NCBI RefSeq assembly: GCF_009914755.1
Contig: NC_060925.1
From: the human T2T-CHM13v2.0 reference genome, Homo sapiens
Strand: one strand, 5' to 3'
Length of the DNA stretch: 64,000 bases
Shown: positions 38,635 to 54,896 of the stretch, in pieces
Layout of the letters: every line of letters starts with the position of its first letter
Position numbering within the stretch: position 1 is the first letter of the stretch
Program-made: the position numbers and the translations under genes
Notes under the pieces: generated by a model
Database searches by the model: none
What the model saw: only the letters and a program-made list of their open reading frames with translations
What the model was told of the DNA's origin: nothing

Positions 38635-40076
38635 TTATAGGGCTGATTTCATGAAAAATATAAGCTTACATAACCCAGCTTTGTAATATTTGACCACAAA
38701 ACTGAATGATCAGCATAGGTACAATTTGCTGGTTATGAAAAATAAACCAGGTTAACAATCTGTTGAATTATGGAAAACACAAAAGAACAAATTTACCTTT
38801 TAGGTTTTAGCACAAAGGAGAAAGAACACAAGTTATCTAATAACTCAAGAAGATAAGACCAGCTACCTCACCTCGCACCCTCTGTTCCTGTTAAGCCACT
38901 GGAAACCCAAAACTAATCAAATCCCCAAATCCCCACATCACTGACAGTGCTTATGGCTTACTGACTTCAACATAGATAAATGGCCCCATTAATGTCAGGG
39001 CGGTTACGTTTGTCTGAAGAATATACGTCTGTATTTTAAATTGCATTATCCAGTTTATCCATGGGATAAGAATTGTTTACCTTCACAAATTCCAGGCTTC
39101 TGAGCTGAACTAAACAGGGCAAGTTTAAAGGCAGGAGCTCAGAGCAGTTCATAGCCTTTTGACAGCTCTGATGTGGTCTGCCAAGCCTGAATTGGTAAAA
39201 TCCAGGCTTATCTCTCAGCACAACGCAGTTCACCCTCAGGTCTTTCCTGCTACCTGCAGCCCCCGTGAAGCCCCTACAAAGCTGGAAGTTGCAAAGTGGA
39301 TGGAATAATTCTGCAAAATATTGTTTGGTGTTGGATTAGCATTCACAGATGTGGGTCCAAGAAATTGCTCAACAGCCCACGGAGGCCAAGGAAGATCTGC
39401 CACGACATCGATACCACGCCTGACTAGGTCACTTCAGGCTTGAGTCCAGTTCAGTGTGTCCCGCCAAGCCCCAGCTTTTGTCTCCTCCTCTTGTTTCCAG
39501 TTTGCTCTGCTTCTGTGAAATGAGGTGTTTGCTCATCACTGGGCAGGGCAGAAAGGTAGAGACAGAACAAGAGATGGAGGACGGGGGACTCTTAACAAAT
39601 CCACATCCATCTTTGCCTCCATTCAACCTGCCTTGTGCTGGCTTGAAAACAGTTGCTGACCAAGGTTTGGAAAATGCAGCAGCTGCTTGCTGCCATCTGC
39701 TGTACTTTCTGTTGCTAGCAAGCATGGGACCATGGCTGGCTGCAAAAGAGGAAAAAATGGAAAAGTGGGGGAAGCAAGAGACCGGCAGCCTCCTCTTTAC
39801 CCAGGAAACCCCCATGATAATGCAGCTACGGATTCATGTCAGAAAAGCGGCCACCTTTCCCAGCGTGAATGAACCACAGTGATTTTTCAGGACGTAGAAT
39901 ATACTTTCCTTTACACTTACGTGATTATGTTTTCCATATTGTAACTATGGAGGGAAAATAAATATAGATTAGGCTCAATGGAATTCAAGTTGTCTGCTCA
40001 CTTGAACTACTTCTTAATCTTGAACTACTTCTGGATAAACATTGGATCAAAATAGAGGGTAAAGAAATACTGGTGT

Positions 40077-40369
40077 GGCTGGGCATGGTGGCTCACACCT
40101 GTAATCCTAGCACTTTGGGAAGCTGAGGTGGGTGGATGACTTGAGGTCAGGAGTTCAAGACCAACCTTGCCAACATGGTGAAACCCCATCTCTACTAAAA
40201 ATACAGAAAAATTAGCTGGGCGTGGCGGCGCACGCCTGTAATCCCAGCTACTCGGGAGGCTGAGGCACAGAAACCGCTTCAACCCGGGAGGCAGAGGTTG
40301 CAGATCACGCCACCGCACTTCAGCCTGGGTGACAGAGTGAGAATCTATCTCAAAAAAAAAAAAAAAAAA
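40077..40369 (+). mobile_element. Alu (AluS-like)
   Basis: Full length with a small deletion; TSD tactggtgt. Confidence 0.95.
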
Positions 40370-42474
40370 TTACTGGTGTGTAAGATTCTAGGAGTGAGTC
40401 TCTAAGATATACATCTAAAGATGATCAAGACTTTCTAAAGAAACCATCACATGATTCTGCCTTCCTTCCAATAGCTCAATCTCTTTATTTTTGCTCATTA
40501 TTAGACTCCTTAAGTGATCCTATTTCCTTTTGGTAAGCTAACTTCCAGATGCCCTCTCTAATGTGTCTTCCAGTATCAATGCTCAGATGAAATGCATCAG
40601 ATGAAATTCACCCATGGTCTACTTAGCTCTTGTCTTAGAAATAGTCCTTTTGGACTCATTCCAAATCCAATTTCTGAAACAACATCTGTTGATGGTCTCT
40701 TCAAAACTCTGATCTCTTCCTTTTTTCCTTTAATGGCCTTTTCACTTCCCCCTTCCTACTAATTTTGGAAATTCAAAGGGAAGGCTCAATTTTTAAAAAT
40801 TCTAATTGTAGGTAATAGGAATGAATCTGAGCTTGGCCATGTGTAATTTATTTTTCTAACTCAGAGCTTGTTTTGCTTTTTCCATTCATTTATTCAATTT
40901 CAATAATAATGACTTTGCTGGTGACATCCGTAGGAAATCTTAATTTTGCCCTTCTCGTTGGGTTTCTCACTGCCTAGCCCTGTTTCATGAGATAAAGACC
41001 TTTTGTCCCATAATGTGTACAGCATAAACCTTACAAATTCTATAAGAGAGACTACAGAGTAAGTTGAAGAAAATAACCATGCAGTGGTAGCATCTGACCT
41101 TTGGGGAATCATGATTTATATGACTGTTAGTGTTGGGTTAACATCTTCTGGCCACATACCCAGTATCTAGCAGCATCTGGCAGCACACTCTGAAAAGAAT
41201 CATACCATTTTTAGATGTTTAACTTACAGCAAGGATATGTTCTTTTTATTCTCAGTCTTCCATAGGATGGTATAAAATATTTCTCTCACTGCATGTGGGA
41301 CAAACTGAGGACAAGATACCAGTAACGTAATGAGCAATTGATCTCTTTGTAAAATCTTGTAGACAGTGTTATGAAGTGGAAATGAGAAACTATGCTGGGA
41401 CTGGCAGGCTCCTGCAATGTGCGTACTTAGTGACAAGAAGGTGTAGCATGTGCCCTAGGCTATATATCCACATGTATTCAATAAGGTACATCTTTAAAGA
41501 CAATCTTTGGAAATTGCATATTAGGTTTCTGCTTATTTCAAAAAGTGCCAGCAGTATAATAGGGACTGATGGGAAGAGAATGATAAAAATCTAAACAGCT
41601 TTTACTTCCTTTGTGAAACTTTTACTTACTACGGCCATTTCACAGTGCAAACACGTTCTCATTCTTCTGTGCTCCCATTGTGCTCTGTATAGACTTCCAC
41701 TGTGGATATGTAATGATTATTGAACTCTTTGTTTTCACGCTTCTCTCACAATTAGACTGTAAACTCACGGAGGCGAGAGACTGCTTTTGTCACTATGTAT
41801 TTCCAGATCCTATTAACTTGGATATAGCAGATGCTTAATACATGTCCATTGAATTAATAAGTTAAATTAATGGTTTCCAGTCTTAAACTAGATAGTCAGA
41901 AAAGATTCAAACACATATATTATAATAGAGGACAGCAACAAAGTGTGCCAAATTCTGTAGACAGTATGTGTCAAGATTGGAGACCCAAGGCAATTGTTAT
42001 TATATTTTCATCTCCTGTCTGAGAGTCATTGAATCTTTTAGCAAGAAGTAATAATCTGGTCTAATATCTTTATTTCACAGGAAGAGAGAGAAAGTCATGT
42101 AAATTTATTATTTCTTAAGTACTAAATGTTATCTCTGCATAGTTATTCTTTATAAAGTTTAAAAGACTTATCCAAGATAAACAGATGCTTTATCTGTTTA
42201 GAGTTAGCACTCAAGTTTCTTCATGCTTCAAAAATTCCATGTACTTTTCATGTTGCTAATTGTGTATTTGCAATGTGATATTTATTATAGCTTTACCTCT
42301 ATGATTTATTCTTTATGAATTTGTGTGAAGTGTGAATACATGTCATCATTAATTAAAATAATTACTAATCACTAATTAAAAATTGTGGGTTTTATTAAAT
42401 TAAATTAAAATAATAAAATTACTGCTATGACATTCATTGACACAAAATAATAATAATAATAATTTACCTTATGG

Positions 42475-42715
42475 AGGACTTACCTCTCACCATGTGCCAG
42501 GCACTCTTCTAAATGTTATATACATATATATATATAAATGTATTTAATATATATATAAATTTATTTAATCCTCCTAGCAACTACTCAAATATATAAAGAT
42601 GAGGAAACTGAGGCACAGAGCAGTTGTGTGAATTGGCCGATATCACATTCTCATCAATGTCAGAGGAGGATTTGAATCAAAATTATCTAGCTCTAGAACC
42701 AAAAGAATTGACTCC
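42475..42715 (-). mobile_element. MIR
   Basis: catgtgccaggcactcttctaa...tttaatcctc...gatgaggaaactgaggcacagag...ggatttgaa. Confidence 0.8.
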
Positions 42716-43128
42716 TAGGATGTACCCTCCCTCAAATCAGACCTAGTTTTCACCATCAAAATGAAGAAGGTGGCACATAAATGAACGCAGTACAAGGTAA
42801 CAAGTCCCAAAGTTTAGATATGTGGGAAGCCCAAGGAAGGAATAAATAGGTAATATTCATGAGGCCTCTAAAGGTGGCCATAAATCAGCGTGGAGTTATA
42901 TATGCACTGCCATTCATGAAACTCTTAGGGTGATGACACCCCTCACTTGGCCACTGCCATTGGAGCGCACTCCTTGACCTCCTCTTCCACTTCACCAGGG
43001 TTGGTGTTGAAAATGTCACTAGATCCTGAAAGAAATGCCACCTGTTGAGTGTGCCCTTTACTCTCTGCCATACAGATTAACGTTCACTAGTAAAGAGCTC
43101 TAGCACTTGGAAACAAGGGGAAATTTGA

Positions 43129-43498
<370 letters not shown>

Positions 43499-44319
43499 TA
43501 TTATGCCATTTTCAAAACTGCCAACGTATCACAGTGATTAAGAGGTCTTCTTGGCAGGAGATCAATCAATATTTATAGGATTTGATTTAGTGTACATTGG
43601 ATTTAGCATCAATACTGATGTATTCTAACACATCTCAGAATTACTCTGTTATGTAGTTGAGGTCCTGGTAACCTATTTACCATGAGGCTGCTTTGAAATG
43701 TGTCCCTGAATTCTCCCACCAGGTGATGTCATTGTCAATTTCCCCTTCATTTAAATTTACCCAATAGAAATTTTAATTCCCTATCAGTGCAGTCAGCGGG
43801 GACATTTTTAAAAAAGAGAAATTGTAATTCCCATGAAAACTTGAAATATATCAGTGAAATGACTTTATGTAACATAACTTCGCCTGTGTTGAAAGAACAA
43901 AGACATGTTATTGAAAAAAGCATTATTTGCTTGCTTGTTCTCTATCCATCCCTGAGTGGAACAGTGCCAGCAACAAGGTTGGGGTAAAGAGATTGGCCTT
44001 GTAGAAGCTGGGCTAAATGTACTCTAGATTAATGAGCTAAACTAAGAGTTGATATTGATATAAGGAATCAAGGCATGCCATAGCAGACGCAATGTGTGGA
44101 TGCTAAACTCAATGTAGTACTTAACCAATCAGATTAAATTAATTTACACCTCTAATTTTGCATTTTACAATAAAATAGCATCATGATACAATGGAAGAGC
44201 CATATAAATCTTTCTTAGCAATGCTACTCAGAGGCCATATGGCTTTGAATACATTATTTAACCTGGTTGTACATTATTTCCCTTTCCATCAGCTAAAGGT
44301 GTTGGTAAGGGATGATTTC

Positions 44320-44617
44320 TTTTTTTTTTTTTTTTTTTTTTTTTTTGAGACAGAGTCTCGCTCTGTGGCCCAGGCTGGCGCGATCTCGGCTCACTGCAAG
44401 CTCCGCCTCCCAGCTTCACGCCATTCTCCTGCCTCAGCCTCCTGAGTAGCTGGGACTGCAGGCGCCCGCCACCATGCCCGGCTAATTTTTTGTATTTTTA
44501 GTAGAGATGGGGTTTCACTCTGTTAGCGAGGATGGTCTCGATCTCCCGACCTTGTGATCCGCCCGCCTCGGCCTCCCAAAGTGCTAGGATTACAGGCGTG
44601 AGCCACCGCGCCCGGCC
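44320..44617 (-). mobile_element. AluY with a small deletion
   Basis: Y diagnostics, long T tail; TSD tggtaagggatgatttct. Confidence 0.95.
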
Positions 44618-44747
44618 TGGTAAGGGATGATTTCTGAGGATTCTACTAGCTCTCAGATTCTGTATCAAAGGACATGGGGTGTTTAATAAAGCTTTCAGAG
44701 TAAAATATTAGGGAAATTATTACTGTTCTGTTAAAGACCCATAAATC

Positions 44748-45083
<336 letters not shown>

Positions 45084-45728
45084 TCAGTAATCCAACAAGT
45101 AATCGAGGTGACAGAGTGACAGTAGTACAACTTTGATTCAAACAAACCTGCATTTAAGCCCCATTCTGCCACTTCCTAAGTGTATGAACTTAGATGAAGA
45201 ACTTCGAATTCCTGAGCCACAGATTCCTCTATAAAATAGAGTGAGTCCCTTATGCAACTCTATCGCCATGTATATTAAAGAAAGAATGCATGCATAGCCA
45301 TTAACACATATGGATCCGACATATAATGAATTCCAAATAAACGATTGTTTCTCAGAGGCCCGGAGAGGGGTCTCTGTTGAGAAACAGCCCACTACGTCTG
45401 AGAACAGCCTTTACTCACAATCCCTGCCTACTGCCTGCTAACTGTACAGGTAGTAACTCATTCTACTTTTGGCATGAGCATGACATTCATCCAGATCAAT
45501 ATCCAAAAGATATAAAAGGGCAGACAGTGAAGTCTCTCTCCCACCTCTGAGTGCTGGCTGGCTAATGTTCCTCCCTGGAAGCAACCAATGGACCCAGCCT
45601 CTTATGTTTGTTTTCAGAAATGCTGTGTGTACATGCAAGTGAATTTGCATGTATATATAAATACACGGAAGGGGGCACACGTGATACACACCTTCCTGGG
45701 TTTTGTCTCATAGAAAAAAATTGCTAGG

Positions 45729-45838
45729 GGCCAGTGTGAAGTTTGTGAGTTATCTCAATTGACTATTCACAGTCAGTTACAGACTGAACTTGTTCTGTTC
45801 TTTACCCCCTTTTCACTACTGCACTTGACTAGTCTTTT
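45729..45838 (+). pseudogene. Y1 RNA (RNY1) retropseudogene
   Basis: gtgagttatctcaattgactattcacagtcagttacag...tcactactgcacttgactagtctttt matches recalled hY1; 5' stem mutated; A tail; TSD agaaaaaaa(g)ttgcta. Confidence 0.93.
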
Positions 45839-46372
45839 AAAAAGAAAAAAAGTTGCTAAAAAAATTTTTTTTCTTTTTTCTCATAAGCCCTTGAGCAAAT
45901 TATTCTTCTTACAAATCTAGCCAATTATAGAGTCATCAATTAAGAGTCCATATCATTAGGTTTTATTTCTAATGACTGGAAAATATATTCTCTCAAGATT
46001 TAGGTATTCGTATCTTTTGGTTATACAATTAATCCCATGACATCTGAACCAAGCAAGGTATAATGAACACAAAACTGAAAACTGTTACATAAAGAATATC
46101 ATATGGATTAGTCTTATTCGAATTTGTTTTAAAATATTATATTATGAAAAAATTAAAGAAATAGAAATATTCAAATATTACAGCTAACACTTAGACATCC
46201 CCCACCCATGTTCTACACTGACATTTTAGGATATTTTAATATATTTGCTTCTTCACATTTCTACACATTTCTATCTATCCATTTCTCTCTTCATTCAACT
46301 GATGGGATTTACTGCTAAATTAAAGTAAGTTTACTTTCATCAAAATCCTAAGAACAAAAATAATAATAACTA

Positions 46373-46449
46373 GTAGGTTGGTGCAAATGTAATTGTGATT
46401 TTTGCCATTGAAAGTAATAACAAAAACAATTATTTTTGTACCAACCTAA
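46373..46449. mobile_element. MADE1 (Hsmar1-derived mariner MITE)
   Basis: taggttggtgcaaatgtaattg...caattatttttgtaccaaccta inverted termini; TA TSD at 46371-72 and 46450-51. Confidence 0.92.
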
Positions 46450-47033
46450 TAGAAATATGCTTCTCCCAAGAACCAGACAAAAGAGATGGCAAGTTTTCAA
46501 AACTCTTTGAAAATAATAATGAGGTGATCAATGTTTCATAAAATTTGTAAAACAAATTTTTTTAACCTCTTTGATAACTACAATATATAGTAGGAGGATA
46601 GTGAGAATTGCAGAATTGAATGATACTGTAAAACTAGTGGGTTTAGCAGTCACAGCATAGCACACATGTGTGTCTTATTTTTCTAACTTGGGAATCAAGC
46701 TAATTAATTACATATTTTCTATTTTGTAAAAATTATCTCTAAAAACTATTCTTGTATGAATTGAAAGTATCATCTTCCAAATGACATATTTTGACACTTA
46801 TCTATTACAAATATTGGGTGAAATGATCTTCTGGGAAAGACTTTCTCTGCCAAGTTCAGGTCCAAAGGGATCTTTCTGTTCAATTATCCTATTATAACCC
46901 TTTGAAATGAGTGCAGCTAATGAAAATTCCAGTGGCCACTCTGTTAAGACATATAGTTGACCATGGAACTCTCCACATTTCAGCTGGTTTTATTGAAAAA
47001 CCCAGCTTTTCAGCCTCCCTGGCACTCTCTTGA

Positions 47034-47495
<462 letters not shown>

Positions 47496-47936
47496 CTATA
47501 GATATTTCTATGTGAGCTCTGCCCATCTACAAGTAAAATCTTTTGGGATCTGAGCCTTTCTCCAGCTAGCTAGTCTTAATTTCATGGGACGCACTCTTCT
47601 GTTTCTCATCACAGTGCCACTGCAACCATTCCTTCCTTCATTGCTCTCTTAGAAGTCTCTGCCATAGAAAGTGTGGCCTCTGTTTCTCCAGAAAGTGCTC
47701 ATCCAGAATTGTTTTCCTTTGATTGTTTTCATCGTTTGCCTTCAGTGGGAAGATAATCTGCTGCAGTAGAAATAATAACACAGGCTTTTAGAGTCAATTA
47801 CTCAAAAACGTCCACTGTGTTCTTGCAGAGTGCCAGGCACTATCCAAGGAGCTTGGGTTACAGGAGTGACAGGCATCTCTTGCCCTTATGAAGCTTACTT
47901 TTATTCAAGTGGGAGAGATAAGAAGGGTGTAAAACT

Positions 47937-48200
47937 GGCCGGGTGCTGTGGTTCAGCACTTTGGGAGGCTGAGGTGGGCAGATCACCTGAGGTCTGGAGT
48001 TCAAGACCAGCCTGACCAACATGGAGAAACCCCGTCTCTACTAAAAATACAAAAAAATTAGTGCCTGTAGTCCCAGATACTCGGAGGCCGAGGCAGGAGA
48101 ATTGCTTGAGCCCAGGAGGCATAGGTTTCGGTCAGCCAAGATCATGCCACTGCACTCCAGCCTGGGCAACAGAGTGAGACTCCGTCTAAAAAACAAAAAA
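47937..48200 (+). mobile_element. Alu with two internal deletions, within degraded L2 sequence (~47790-48600)
   Basis: TSD aagaagggtgtaaaa; the flanks resemble the L2 reverse strand. Confidence 0.85.
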
Positions 48201-48515
48201 GAAGGGTGTAAAAAAATGGCTAAGATAATTGTTGGTGCTAACAACTGCAATGAAGGTGGTAAAGCAATGTAGGGAGGAAACTTTTCAGGGTAGCAGGAGA
48301 GGCCTCGTTGAGAAGGTAACCTTTGAATTTTTAGCTGAATGAAGAGAAAATGCAGTTGTGGGAACATCTGGGAAAAGCACTTTTCAAACAGTTGAGGAGG
48401 GATAACAGTAGTCATGTGTCTTACGAAAGTCACGTGGACTCCAGTGCACAGAGAAGAGAGGCTGGCCTTAGACATGGATGCATGTCTGGCCTAAGACAGA
48501 CAGGCATGGCACTGA

Positions 48516-48913
<398 letters not shown>

Positions 48914-49932
48914 GGTACTGGAGATTTGAGAAGAGGGGGAAAGAGAAGAGACCAGGGCAGCATGGAAGGATTATATGACTTTGTTGAATTCCTGTTTCAT
49001 ACTTGTGGTTTTACATTTGAGATGTATCCAGTTACCCTGGTTGTGCAACTTTTCTCAGGCTAATTTCAGCTGCTCTGGGGAGGATATGGAGTAAATAATA
49101 TCTGGGAATTCTAGACAAATGTGACTGTGGGGAAGAGGACCAACCTAAGAAAACGATGTTTGCAAGGGAATGGTTTTTGAGCTGTATCATGGAAGCTAGG
49201 CTGGGTAAGGAGGACATTCTTGGGGTGATAAATAGTAAAAAACTGGTAGAGCAAATGGACCAGAGGGCTCAGTGCAGGAGGATATTTGATATAGGGTGAG
49301 AACTAGAGTAAATTAGATGAAATGAGTGGAAAGCGATGTTCAGACATGGACTTTTAAAATCGAGGATTTATAAGTGGTAACAGGAACCATAATAAGAATA
49401 ACTGTTATTGAATATTTCAAATGTGACAGGCAATGTACTGGGAGGTTTATATTCACGAACTCATTCAAACTATACAACGGCTTTTGGAGTTAGAATCACA
49501 GATAGACTCATTTTATAGAAGAAACTGCTGCAGAATGAGACATTAACTAACTTAAGTCATATAGAGAGAAAGTGTCTGGGCCACTTTACAAAGTGATAAG
49601 CAGATCTAGAGTGTGACAATGTAGGTGAGTGGCTAAAGTGGAGTGTGAGAAAATATTATTGCAGCAAAAGAAGAAGATGTGGACAGGAGAACTACGGTGA
49701 AGAATAAATCATTCAAGTAGATTTTAACATGAACGAGAATTATGAGAGGCATTGCAGTGGCGGAAAGAAAGACAGCTAGGTACTCATATTCATCAGTACT
49801 GAGGGCAATTAGCTAGGAGGTTGACACCTACCAATAGGAGGAGTAACGGGTGGAAACTTCTGATCACCTGAGTTTCAAGGGATCTAGGGGCTTTGAAGGA
49901 CAGAGGAGAGGTGGTTTAGAAGTGGCAATGAA

Positions 49933-50266
<334 letters not shown>

Positions 50267-50659
50267 CTAGCCTACCTCTAGGGTCTGAGGCATTTGGAGA
50301 TGTGGGAACCAAACAACTTCCTCTTAAAAAGGCCACGGGAAAAGCAGGGACCTCAGGGTACAGCAAGGTTTTGGTTAGTGCTAGGAAGTGAGGAAAATGT
50401 TCAGAGAAGAGTTTGAAGATATTGGAGAGTTCTTGGCACAAAGGAAAGATTTGGGAGGGTGACTGATGGGTCAGATTGGGGAAAGTATAGATATGTATGG
50501 ATGAACTGGTGGGGACATCTGTGTAATGATACATGGCCTGAGGCTTGGACTTCTTATGGGGTTCAGGAGAATGAGGATGGGGGTGTGATGGGCAGGGACT
50601 GAGCCACTGGATGGAGACTGGGGATAGGGCTTGCTTATGGCCTGCGTCCCGGGCATAAA

Positions 50660-50862
50660 TATTGGTTCTACCATAGACCAAGTGGTTGACTTTGGGCAAG
50701 CCATTTAAACTCAGTTCTCTCATTTATAAGCTGTTTAATAATATCTACATTTCATGAGTGTAATTAGGATGAGAGATTATAAGTGACTAGCACAGATTGA
50801 GCACCCAAAAAGAATTAACTAGAACTGTGAAGATGATGATGATGATAATGATGATGATGATT
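50660..50862 (+). mobile_element. MIR fragment followed by a (GAT)n microsatellite
   Basis: gactttgggcaagccatttaaactcagttctctcatttataa; gatgatgat at 50832-50860. Confidence 0.65.
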
Positions 50863-50867
50863 TATGA

Positions 50868-51377
<510 letters not shown>

Positions 51378-51938
51378 TAGTATGGGCATTCTAAGGGATG
51401 AGAAGCCAGACAAATGGAGACAGGAAAGAGCTTCCTCTGGAATCAGAGCAGGCAGTATTGAAAAGCTGGAAAAAATGGACTTGCTCCATACACATAACTT
51501 CTGGCATCTCATGCCTGAAGCCTTCAGCTACAGAAATGCTAAGAAATAACAATGAAAAGACGTGCGGGGCTTGAAGGATGAGTTACCCTCAGTGTTACTG
51601 CGGTCTTGCTTCTTCGTCTTCCCCAGTGCCAAGCACGAAGAAGAAACAGTCATGGACTGGCTTGTAAGGTAGCCCTCGGCCCCCAGCACCCTTGCTCTCT
51701 CCCACACATACATGTTTTTTTTTTTTCATAGGATTAAGTAGGCCAAAGAAGAAATAATTTTTGCTTCAAGAGATTATTGATATTTTTGCTAATATATTTT
51801 TAGCTCTTTTTCTCTCACACAAAGCTTTCCATCCTACATTACCTGAATGGCCCATTCAACATGATGCTGATAACAGTATAAGTAGAAAAACAGAAGCAGA
51901 AAGATACTTGGGCTTAAAGGCAGGATGTCATGGTTTGA

Positions 51939-52281
<343 letters not shown>

Positions 52282-52420
52282 TTGAGAAAGTTCTTTATCC
52301 CCTTTGTGCACTAATTCCTGTGAGTGGAAAATAATTATATGCCTCGGAGCCTGTCATATTAACAGAGAGAGTGGACAAGAGAGGATCTATAAATTTAAGA
52401 GTACATAATATCTGAAAATG

Positions 52421-52716
52421 TTTGTTTATTTATTTTGAGATTTATTTTGAGATGGAGTCTCACTCTGTCACCCAGGCTGGAGTGCAGTGGCGTGATCTCA
52501 GCTCACTGCAACCTCTGCTGCCTCCTGAGTTCAAGAAATTCTCTGCCTCAGCCTCCCGAGTAGTTGGGATTACAGGCGCCCGCCACCACACCCAGTTAAT
52601 TTTTTGTATTTTTAGTAGAGATGGGGTTTCACCATCTTGGCCAGGCTGGTCTTGAACTCCTGACCTCGTGATCCACCCACCTCGACCTCCCAAAGTGCTG
52701 AGCCACCATGCCCTGC
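52421..52716 (-). mobile_element. Alu
   Basis: TSD tgaaaatgttt. Confidence 0.92.
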
Positions 52717-53939
52717 ATGAAAATGTTTATTTTTATACATGTGTATAAAGATGTATAAATACATATAATAATGAAATATAAATTGTTGAATGTAAAAATG
52801 AATAGTAATCACTGGCCACCAAAGTGCAGTGATTTCTATGTAGCCTAAAGTGATGGCAGAGTTGGTATTTTCTTTTCCAGTGGCACAGATAATAGGTTTC
52901 TTTGATATATAATGTATGTGCCAGAAGTAGAAATAGGAAAATACTTACACTTGCCAACAAAGTAACAACAAACAAGCTAGTATGAAGATGGAAATGGAGA
53001 TCAAATAACTCAGAAAATAAGGAAAGGAGTAAATAGAGAAAAATCAGAATCCTGGGAAAATTCATGGAAAAACAGAACATTAATGGCAAAAGAAAAGAAG
53101 GAAGGAGATGCATACTGCAGAAAGAAGAGACCACAAAACAGTCTGGCACAGTGAGAGGAGAGAGCATGTCTAAGAGAAATGGAATGAAGCCAGTGGAAAC
53201 GGGACTCATGAAAGAAAAACTACTGGAACAGAATAATTGGGTAAGAATAGGAAAACCAGTGAAAGCGGTTCAGAACAAGGATTAGAGGTAAAAAGACATT
53301 TTAAAAATATTGTGCTAATATAATAAACAGCCTTAAAGGTGGAAATTAAAAATTTTTTTAAAACGTAGACTGTCAAGCATTCTTTTTACATTTTTCTTTT
53401 TTAAAGAAATCTGGAGCCCCTCTGATGATGCACCTGGATGAAAAGTTATTTATAGTATTGTCATCCACAAACATTGTTGCTATTTGATGTTTGGACTCTC
53501 TTGAGGTCAGAGAGTTTCATCAATTTTTAAATTTTTGTTTGATAATTTGGATGTAATTAGAGTATTGGGAATTACTTTAGATCAAATTTGCCTGTTCTGA
53601 TTTGATCTAGTCGCCAATGATTTCAAAAGTCCTTGACTGCCAAGAGGAGATGCCAGCACATTTTTCCTGGCTTGGCGTTTCCTGAGTTTATCCCTCTTCG
53701 TAGACATAAATCTGGGATGGAGCCAAGCACGTCAAAGAGTCACATCTCTTTGCTCTCCCCGTGCAATATTTAATCACTGGACTTAGTGAAATCACTAAGA
53801 TGAACTTATTGCAGCCAAGATCCAGAGATGGATGGCTGCTCCAAAGGGCAGTGCTTTGAAACTGTTTTTTACATGATGTCAGAAAGCGTTTTGACTAATG
53901 GTAGATTCTTAGAAGAGCATTCATTCCAGACTCTTTATA

Positions 53940-54280
53940 GCTCTTTACCTAATTTCCCCTCATCTTTCAAGTCTCAGTTTAAATGTCACTTTATCCAGGA
54001 AGGATTTTCTGGTCCCCCTTGGCTAAGTTAGGACCACCTATTTTATGCTTCCTTAGCAGCCTGCTTTCTTAGTAATACACATCATTCTTACAATGACTGA
54101 CTCAGCATAGAACTTCCCAGCCCCCTTATAAGCTCAACTATAAGATGCATAATATCAGACTCCGTGACTTGTTCAATGCTGAAACCCCAGCACTTAACAC
54201 ATCTGACTGGCAGATGGTCAGTCCTTAATAATATTGATTTAATGTATGAATTAGTAAGTGCATGAGCAACTAAATGAATA
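53940..54280 (+). mobile_element. L2 3' fragment
   Basis: catctttcaagtctcagtttaaatgtcact...cttgttcaatgctgaaaccccagcacttaacaca... Confidence 0.6.
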
Positions 54281-54601
54281 GATACAGAAGAAAGATTTAA
54301 TAGTGCTATGAATTACAAGGAAACTCTCCCATGCCCTTTTAATCACTTATCTCCCTGGCAGAGCTGTGAGGCCGATGACATAGGCAATATATGTCAGTCT
54401 TACAAATAGGGACATGGTTAAATGACCCCATTTTTATGTGGATCATAGGCTTCCTATCTTTGTGAAAAGGAAAATGTTTATTTCACAGAATTCATGTCAG
54501 TTCATTAGAATATATGATGACTGTAAACTATATATGTTCACTTTTATTTGACTTCCAACATACGAAAATCTCATATCAGTTCCTCATGATTGATTTCTCA
54601 C

Positions 54602-54896
54602 TTTCTTTTTTTTGGAGATGGAGTCTCACTCTGTTGCCCAGGCTGGAGTGCAGTGGTGCAATTCCAGTTCACTGCAACGTCTGCCTCCTGGGTTCAAGTG
54701 ATTCTTCTGCCTCAGCCTCCTGAGTAGCTGGGATTACAGGCGCATACCACCACGCCCAGCTAATTTTGTATTTTTATCAGAGATGGGGTTTCACCATGTT
54801 AGCCAGGCTGATCTCGAACTCCTGGCCTCAGATAATCCGCCCACCTTGGCCTCCCAAAGTGCTGGGATTACAGGTGTGAGCCACTGCACCCTGCCT
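54602..54896 (-). mobile_element. Alu
   Basis: TSD tgatttctcactttct. Confidence 0.95.

Noticed and set aside
39429-39882. Overlapping 128-aa and 142-aa ORFs in unique sequence
   Set aside because: No recognisable homology or domain, no convincing start or splice context; compatible with chance.
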